DNA of 64,000 nucleotides from an uncultured Candidatus Cloacimonadota bacterium (GTDB lineage Bacteria; Cloacimonadota; Cloacimonadia; Cloacimonadales; TCS61): NCBI GenBank assembly GCA_964604155.1, contig CAZRXY010000096.1, positions 5,592 to 69,591 of the forward strand, read 5' to 3'. Shown piece by piece: positions 60,301 to 64,000 of this stretch (position 1 is its first letter; each line of letters starts with the position of its first letter). The notes under the pieces were generated by a model. It saw only the letters and a program-made list of their open reading frames with translations, ran no database searches and was not told where the DNA came from. The position numbers and the translations under genes were made by a program.

Positions 60301-63174
60301 AATCTGCCAGGCAGAGAATTCTACTGCAACGCCCTGGTAGCTGAGATTTTCTTCATTTTCTCCGGTAAAAATTGATTCAAAGATGAGCTCACTGACAGGA
60401 CTTTCCACATCAAAGATGTCATCTCCCAGATAATAATCGAGTATATCATCGCTAATTGTTACTAAATTATTGGAGGCTACCGGTCTATCATTTCTGGCTT
60501 GAATGGTATAATTAAAGATAACTGGTTCGGAGACGGCACCTTCTTCATCAGTAAAAGTGATCTCAATATAATCTGTGCCGGCGAAGTTTTCATATGGCGT
60601 ATAAACCAGGCTCCAAAAATCAGAGAATGCGGCAATACCATTAACCGGGGCAGAGACAAAATCAGGTGTCAGATCGCTGACAGAGGTATGATCATCGGTC
60701 ACAAAAATCTCGTTTTCTCTAGAAGCATCTTCCGTCAGCAGGCAATTATTGATCTCATTAAGGACAACCGGCGGGAAATTTGGAATCGTGATATTAAGAT
60801 AAAATATGGCATCGTCAAATAAACCACCCGCATCTGTAGCTCTAATTATCCCGTAGGCAGTGCCGGAAAAATTTGCCTCGGGTATCAAGGTTGCCATGCT
60901 GCCTTCGATCTCTATCTGCATCCCGTTTTGATCGGTATCGGGATTATTAAATTCTAGCTCATCTCCATCAGGATCTGAGAAGTAATCCGTTATTTCTATC
61001 TCCAGGCTTACATTTAAATCTGTTTGCAGATAAAACTGACCACCGGCAGGAGGGTCATTGACAGGAATTACAGTTACGTTAATAATTTCTGTTGCCTCTC
61101 CACCATCATCGTCACTAAGTTCAATTGTAATATTATCTATACCATTCCAGTTATCTACAAGATTAGTTATCCTGAGAATCGAGCCTGTGAGTATTTCCAC
61201 ATCGAGGTTCTCACCCCAAGTGAAATCCATATCTACATGATCACTATCGATATCTTCAGCCAGAAATTCAATCAGGCAATAAGTATCTTCGGCAAATTCT
61301 ATCTGCAAGGGAGAAACCAGGCTGGGCGGATCATTAACCGGCAGCACTCTAATAAGGACGCTGTCCTCAGCAATAAGCCGGTCGTATTCATCACTTACCC
61401 AAAAGGTTACTTCCTCGGTGCCAAACCAGTTATCTGCCGGCACTATGGTAACCATATAGCCCTCTATCAGAATTGTGAGATTGCCCTCATGATCAGAACC
61501 TATAAGCAGATCGTCATTATCGGGATCAAAAACGAATTCTGAGAAATCATAAGTAACGGGCAGGTCTTCATCAAGTACAAATTCATCCGGCAAATTCAGC
61601 TCTGGGGGATAATTAGAAATAAAGGTGAGGGGCAGCAGGTTTGGCGGGTAGCCGATATCACCACCGGGACTTGTCATAGCGGTATATTCGCTGACTATGA
61701 TAATATCTTGTGAGGCGTCCCATAAGGCAAATTCCACCAGTTCCGGTTGCTCACCCTGAATATTTATTGTGGTAATTGATGAACCCTGGTTATGGTTAAT
61801 ATAACCTACTCCACGGCATTCTTCAGCAGCGAAAACCCCTACTTCGTCTTCTATTGCGGCGATAGAACCATCTAAAAAAACACTGCAATATGCTACAGTG
61901 GAATTAGTATAATTTACAGGTATCCACGGTCTGGGAAACTGGACGTTTATAATTTCCAGTAACACAGTCCAATTCAGGTCATATTCAAATTCTTCATCCC
62001 ACCAGCGAACTGTGATTTCGTATTCGCCATCAGCGGAAAATTCATTAATAATCTCAGCGGTATTACCAAGAGTAATTTCGCCGCAAGTCCATTCATACTG
62101 AATTTCGCTGTCCACATCTTCTATTTCAACGCTAAAAACGATACTTTGTGCTGCAAAAAGCTCTAGATATAATTCCGAGGGCTGATATCCTATTAAAACA
62201 GGAGCATCATTTACGGGCTCTACGATTACCAGCAATTCTGCAATTTCAATTGCCCTGTTTTGCCCATCATCGACAAAAAAGGTTACAACTTCCTGGCCGA
62301 ACCAGTTTTCCTGAGAGTTAAAAATTGCTACAGAACCTGAAATGCTAACTGTGATATATTCGCCAACTGCGATAATATTAAGTGGGTCACCATCAATATC
62401 ATAAATCATGTCGCTGAAATCAAGCTCAAATATTTCATCCTCATTAAAGGTAACTTGTTCTGGTAAATTTATGATCGGGGGATCATTAACGGGGAAGACA
62501 GTAACTTGCAATTCATCACTTGCCGTGGCTCTCTCAGCCAGATCATCAATTGTGAAAATTAATGTCTCGCTGCCATTCCAGTTTTCTGCCGGAGTGATGG
62601 TCACTATTAAGCCGGATATTGCTACCTCCAGATTGTCGCTCCCCGGGCAGGATAGTATTAGCTCATCTCCATCTTCATCAAAGATATAAAGACTAAAATC
62701 TGCCATATATACAGTATCTTCATCGAAGCTGATGTTTTCCGGTAAGTCTATTTCCGGCTCATGGTTGGTAACAAAGTATGCGGTGAGTAATTCCGGCATT
62801 GCGATGCTGCCATAGGTCATATTGTCAATAAATTCATAGGATTCTTCGCAGTCTATAACCATATCCAGATCATAGTCATAGACCTTGAAAGTGATCATTT
62901 CTCCGGAAGTCACGTTTGATACTACGGACATGTTCCACACATCAGGTCCCGGGAAATAGTCGGCTAAGGCGCGGCAATCTTCCTCGCCACCGGGTCCAAA
63001 TGCCGCCAAAAGGTTTCCCTCTCCGTTTGTGAAAATCTCTTCGTTAAATTCTACGGTATTATATAATACCATGCTGTATTCCGTGCCACTGATTGGCTCC
63101 CAGACCGGGGCTTCTCCGGTTAATGGGCTCCATGCTAAAACTAATCCAAGAAATATTGCCAGATATCGGCTCAT
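51394..63174 (-). CDS. Giant (~3.9k aa) secreted surface protein: tandem-95-like (VNDPP) repeats + PKD-like units + 8 copies of an unassigned ~113-aa module + NYPNPFNP C-terminal sorting domain
   Basis: The single ORF is open to 63228. The ATG at 63174 is preceded by AGAGGAGCTATT and starts the signal peptide MSRYLAIFLGLVLAWSPLTGEA. About 27 repeats of PVNDPPxIDLPExxxFxEDxxxxxDFSxYIxDVDGDxL. C-terminus LLGNYPNPFNPITNLNFSV...GIYYFRL...KALLLK. Confidence 0.9.
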   Translation of the reverse strand: MSRYLAIFLGLVLAWSPLTGEAPVWEPISGTEYSMVLYNTVEFNEEIFTNGEGNLLAAFGPGGEEDCRALADYFPGPDVWNMSVVSNVTSGEMITFKVYDYDLDMVIDCEESYEFIDNMTYGSIAMPELLTAYFVTNHEPEIDLPENISFDEDTVYMADFSLYIFDEDGDELILSCPGSDNLEVAISGLIVTITPAENWNGSETLIFTIDDLAERATASDELQVTVFPVNDPPIINLPEQVTFNEDEIFELDFSDMIYDIDGDPLNIIAVGEYITVSISGSVAIFNSQENWFGQEVVTFFVDDGQNRAIEIAELLVIVEPVNDAPVLIGYQPSELYLELFAAQSIVFSVEIEDVDSEIQYEWTCGEITLGNTAEIINEFSADGEYEITVRWWDEEFEYDLNWTVLLEIINVQFPRPWIPVNYTNSTVAYCSVFLDGSIAAIEDEVGVFAAEECRGVGYINHNQGSSITTINIQGEQPELVEFALWDASQDIIIVSEYTAMTSPGGDIGYPPNLLPLTFISNYPPELNLPDEFVLDEDLPVTYDFSEFVFDPDNDDLLIGSDHEGNLTILIEGYMVTIVPADNWFGTEEVTFWVSDEYDRLIAEDSVLIRVLPVNDPPSLVSPLQIEFAEDTYCLIEFLAEDIDSDHVDMDFTWGENLDVEILTGSILRITNLVDNWNGIDNITIELSDDDGGEATEIINVTVIPVNDPPAGGQFYLQTDLNVSLEIEITDYFSDPDGDELEFNNPDTDQNGMQIEIEGSMATLIPEANFSGTAYGIIRATDAGGLFDDAIFYLNITIPNFPPVVLNEINNCLLTEDASRENEIFVTDDHTSVSDLTPDFVSAPVNGIAAFSDFWSLVYTPYENFAGTDYIEITFTDEEGAVSEPVIFNYTIQARNDRPVASNNLVTISDDILDYYLGDDIFDVESPVSELIFESIFTGENEENLSYQGVAVEFSAWQIAYTMPETINMDYIIYKVIDPQGAASIPAVLTITRDGYESMAARVEPLALNGAFDLAFGESVLLDFNGLDLTEPLEQLTITITEPPIYGELIDFAFYQYNEPLTTYLGTYIPAVNQDITEEIGFTVTGSDGSSQGTLTINISAIDIAPQIAYIPDFEILEEENAILSISYSNPDEAANLSFWSIISNPNIDGMLDFGEITDNSIELIISPSVNYFGESLVVINCTDGAGLSDSESFYLNVINVNDAPVINLPNSISFAEDSVYDMPFNAYVYDADDDELSLSVAGAENLQVIINDLSVSFIPDLDFFGTEILTFTVSDNQERASASDELIVNVTPVNDDPLFDLPEAFYLDEDTPQTFDFTSYMNDADGDELEIISFQNDYITIGIDGDFVTLSPLPDWSGSTEIAFIIDDNQGGAPAFDAALVIVAEINDPPVIDLPDNIVMLEDTYLIMDFSEFIYDLESENLTLSAGGNQEIDIIITGLEVGFYPAENFFGSELITFYVDDNQRRLVSSDNVEVIVENVNDMPVVSSYLPTEPEIIIDEPQGIEFSVVALDIDSEISYSWFVNGIDQSHNAENIMINFPSTGSYSITCEISDEEYTITIEWLVSYPPSEDYARPWLPVIYTNSTVAYCEVMIDGYPAASGDEVGAFVDYECRGIGEVFIDGVSSYATLNIQGEMPEPVNFAVYDASEDQVLLSEFTTMSSPGNDIGFPPDFLPVYISEPLPTDFPRPWELVVYTNSTVAYCQVTINGLPAAVEDEVGVFAGNECRGIGNIAMSESESYSTINVQGDEPELIQFAVWDASIDHVYVSDYTIMSNPGYDIGYPPNYLPIEVGTQLPSDFPRPWELVIYTNSTVAYCQLMINGLPATEDDEVGVFVLEECRGIGYVVSDEFGSYSTINVQGEEPELLQFAIWDASSNLVYVSEFITFSNPGGDIGYPPDFLPVFVGQDMPQDFPRPWNVVVYTNSTIAYAEVKTFGNPASLNDEVAAFVGTECRGIGYISYSGDLAITTITIQGEIPEPVQFAVWDASLDQVLVSDFSTVTNPGGDIGYPPDMLPIYVGEDLPVNFPRPWDLVVYPNSTVAYCHVMINNGTASINDELAAFAGTECRGTGNITFSNGNSYSSLNIQGETAEVIQFALWDSDLDEVYISEYITMSDPGNDIGYPPDFLPVYFFTGNEINYPPVIDLPPSITMLEDGSRIINLANYVTGTTAYSLSIEAAPELGASLISTTLIINPIDNWNGSAPVIVTAESAGESSFDIMTVHVTPVNDPPELIAPLPDLVLDEDFADFSIDLEDHFIDVDNDPLTFSVNYDQNEVTAILEQSILIISSLPDWYGSTTITVSASDNITRAITNASFLITVLPVNDPPQINLPESFTFAEDQSLTVNFSPYIYDVDGDVLSITMLDNDYINAAVNNNTVTISSVPDWYGTQIVTFSVSDNQSRATASDQTQIIVTPVNDPPYLLAPLPDIEVVEDYIPTLIDLNNYFTDIDSDVLAFNFSCNQENLIISLDENLLTIAYTPNWFGNGTIIVTASDGEFQISDSFTLTVTPANDGPVITNYHPENTNLNVFRGESIDFSVDAYDPDSDIQYTWLLNSNPIPVNDHQISITFWNVITSQVQVIVSDEEFQVTQTWNIEVYLNEFWVPVIYTNSTVAYGSVMINDLLASEDDLVGAFVDNECRGVGNIFHYDDLAYVTMNIQGETIEEVEFRIWDASHDLVYDYVYTTLTLPGGDLGSPADPLPIHAFVNQAPLINLPLAGFFFNEDSVLEIEFSQYVSDPENDPLFITSGSQGEISVQIENDLLVILSAPQNWNGTENLEFTVHDGQGGTASQTVPVSVIPVNDPPAITLPLPDLVIDEDAEPFDIDLGLHFTDIDGDSLRFTANFVPSYVSITINGSLLTLAPQPDWFGNTQITVIASDNLLQISDSFNLTVNPVNDLPYLVEPFEDITVNEDFATFNIPLQGHFDDVDDDILIYQIDFNPEEISVVLVGEIIYVSSIQDWNGTSLIQISAYDNLENQPAFAEINIIVLPQNDAPQIDLPEEIPFDEDTVHTVDFEPYIYDVDGDNLSITASPANFIFIEIDEFLVTFSAPENYNGSEYITFTVHDSRTRLSASGQTLITVTPVNDPPFVIDNPITQLIFEEDESYQFSTGSIFADPDLVYGDELSYDVAGNEYITFQFNGTSVLLTAPENWYGYEVVTLSATDLESITVTHDIEITVTPVNDPPHLENPLPVYNLDEDFAAFSLDLDDYFADVDGDILSYEIDYYADEIAVDLADNILDIGSVMDWYGNTSIMVTAFDRVSRLSISGYIVVAIAPVNDAPVIDLPESVTFAEDSSTSINLSNYVFDVDGDELVFSVTGNSEIIVGFNAMIANLSATPDWFGEELITITVSDQQGRATASDDILVIVTPVNDPPVFELPASISFDEDSSLELDLQLYANDVEGDPLIPLLINANMIDVQFDGMIATLSAPPDWFGNEYITLAVSDGVAPPVSDNILVIVNPVNDPPQIDLPGQFTFLEDTSLLVDFSAYISDIDSNQFIISIDTTENLYAQIIGLNAIFTATQDWNGTASITVNVSDLDGGFASDDMDIIVIPVNDPPHIVVQIPDPFIVDEDFDPVTINLDDYYDDVDGDALSYDVDFVPAHVLIELNGSLATISPVENWFGETEISITVSDGQARAQISDTFTLLVNPVNDLPEINLPDEIFFNEDGTLIFDASLYCYDIEGHPLTISLSGNTEITAEITGLTITFSATPDWFGSETITITVDDQQGRPADDMIVTVLPVNDPPVLIAFEPVETEFDTLQYSTVHFQVEVTDIDSELDYLWRINGVTLDENSALLQYQFNDHGTFTIRSIVSDEDYSISTVWTVFVEETENDEPQITPAVTELLGNYPNPFNPITNLNFSVSKEQNIRIDVYNLKGQMVRNLTNCRYPLGMHSITWDSKDNYGKPQPSGIYYFRLISLDKTDTSKALLLK
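56780..58464 (-). repeat. Five tandem copies of the ~113-aa FPRPW...YTNSTVAYC...ECRGIG...NIQGE...WDAS...DIGYPP module (coding repeat inside the giant gene)
   Basis: Five consecutive protein units start with YARPWLPVIYTNSTVAYC, FPRPWELVVYTNSTVAYC, FPRPWELVIYTNSTVAYC, FPRPWNVVVYTNSTIAYA and FPRPWDLVVYPNSTVAYC. The DNA of adjacent units is highly similar, e.g. 58111-58130 ccacggtctggggaaatctg versus 57772-57791 ccagggtctggggaaatctg. Confidence 0.9.
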
Positions 63175-63406
63175 AATAGCTCCTCTTATCAATTTTTTTT
63201 GATTTTCTTCTTCTTTATATACTAACATCAGATTACCTCGCTCAGTCTCTCTATTTCTGTCAATATATTTCCTTCACTACCAGGCATACCCCTCATCCTA
63301 ACCGGGATTTATTACTGGATTTGTGTAGAAGACTGGTCGCAATGGTAGAAACTTGCGTCAGTCCCCTTTCCACAGGTGTACCCATGGCTATTATTGTGTT
63401 ACACCT

Positions 63407-63490
63407 TTCAGGATAAGATTAAATTTACCCGGAGAAGCCTGTGTAATTCCTTTAGTAACAATGAGCTATCAATCCAGTTATTGAGATAAA
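63407..63490 (+). repeat. Dispersed intergenic repeat family B, copy 3
   Basis: tttcaggataagattaaatttacccggagaagcctgtgtaattcctttagtaacaatgagctatcaatccagtta aligns with 30791-30870 (~83% in the 63-nt core) and with the reverse complement of 18091-18187. Confidence 0.75.
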
Positions 63491-63685
63491 CAGAGCGAGT
63501 CCTGTTTTTTCACTTACAAAAAAACCACCTAACGCCATAGTACTATTGTATCATATTGTAAAAAAGTTTTTTCTCCATACTTTACCCGATTTTCCCGAAA
63601 ACCTTTTTTTTATCACTTTTTATTATACGTATTTAGTGGATAATGGTGAATTTATGGAAATTTGTCGGTCTATTCTTGTTTTACG

Positions 63686-64000
63686 TTAAAATTCGGCAGA
63701 TACTTCCATCTTGAATTCGTGTGAAGTACCTTCGGCGGGGAATTGATCTCCCTTATATTCCAGTAAAAGTTTCATATATTCATTAAGCTTATAATTATAG
63801 GATACATCCCAGATAAAAATATTGCCGGCGCGTTTTTCTTTGAGCCAAAGCTCATTATCATTTCCTTTTCTATTATTATGCCTGAATTTCAGGCGGCAAA
63901 AGATACCGTTGTTACGGCTGTGGTACCAGTTAACAGTCTGCTGGATTTCAATTTTATTCAGGTTGTAACTCAATTCGTTACTTTGGCTATTGCCGTTTTC
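63686..64000 (-). CDS. Outer-membrane beta-barrel protein, C-terminal part (5' end beyond the window)
   Basis: The minus-strand frame is open to nt 64000 (ENGNSQSNELSYNLNKIEIQ...). Alternating hydrophobic/polar beta-strand pattern, with the terminal ...HEFKMEVSAEF ending in Phe, the typical OMP C-terminal signature. Confidence 0.55.
   Translation of the reverse strand, partial: ENGNSQSNELSYNLNKIEIQQTVNWYHSRNNGIFCRLKFRHNNRKGNDNELWLKEKRAGNIFIWDVSYNYKLNEYMKLLLEYKGDQFPAEGTSHEFKMEVSAEF

Noticed and set aside
51394-63228. Highly periodic DNA repeats that might suggest a CRISPR array or satellite.
   Set aside because: The periodicity is ~285-340 nt and lies entirely within one open reading frame, with amino-acid-level conservation. 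There are no short direct repeats with unique spacers anywhere in the window.

Overview
AT-rich bacterial chromosomal window, with about 35 protein genes, one tRNA and no rRNA, CRISPR array or transposase. All calls rest on by-eye reading of the ORF track and DNA, since no searches could be run. Housekeeping genes: groEL (5'-truncated), rsmD, comEA-like, selA, thiN, tdh-acpS-kbl, rsmI, a standalone EF-G paralog, a ferredoxin-fused etfA, queE, tRNA-Arg(CCG) and xerD-like. About half of the window encodes very large surface or signalling proteins. (1) Two adjacent gingipain-type (C25) giant proteins (1789 and 1659 aa) both carry a dockerin-like module, and only the second has a NYPNPFNP-type C-terminal sorting domain. 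(2) A roughly 3.9k-aa protein combines about 27 tandem-95-like (VNDPP) repeats, 4 PKD-like units and 8 copies of a ~113-aa module I cannot assign to a named family. (3) A three-gene sensor cluster comprises a classical histidine kinase and two paralogous REC-PAS-GAF kinases with an AHHWRQPL H-box. A fourth, unlinked kinase has Asn at the H-box His position. The NYPNPFNP tails, the C25 giants and selA suggest an FCB-superphylum candidate lineage (Cloacimonadota-like); this is an unverified inference. The intergenic regions hold two dispersed repeat families lying sense-upstream of operon-first genes. One copy is interrupted by or carries about 730 nt of non-coding DNA. There is also a 110-nt palindrome next to a terminator-like hairpin upstream of the EF-G paralog, and an unannotated 31-aa Lys-rich ORF. 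Best candidates for something undescribed: the dockerin/cohesin-like C25 pair, the 113-aa module of the giant protein, the promoter-proximal repeat families, and a secreted superoxide-reductase-like protein paired with a small His-containing membrane protein.
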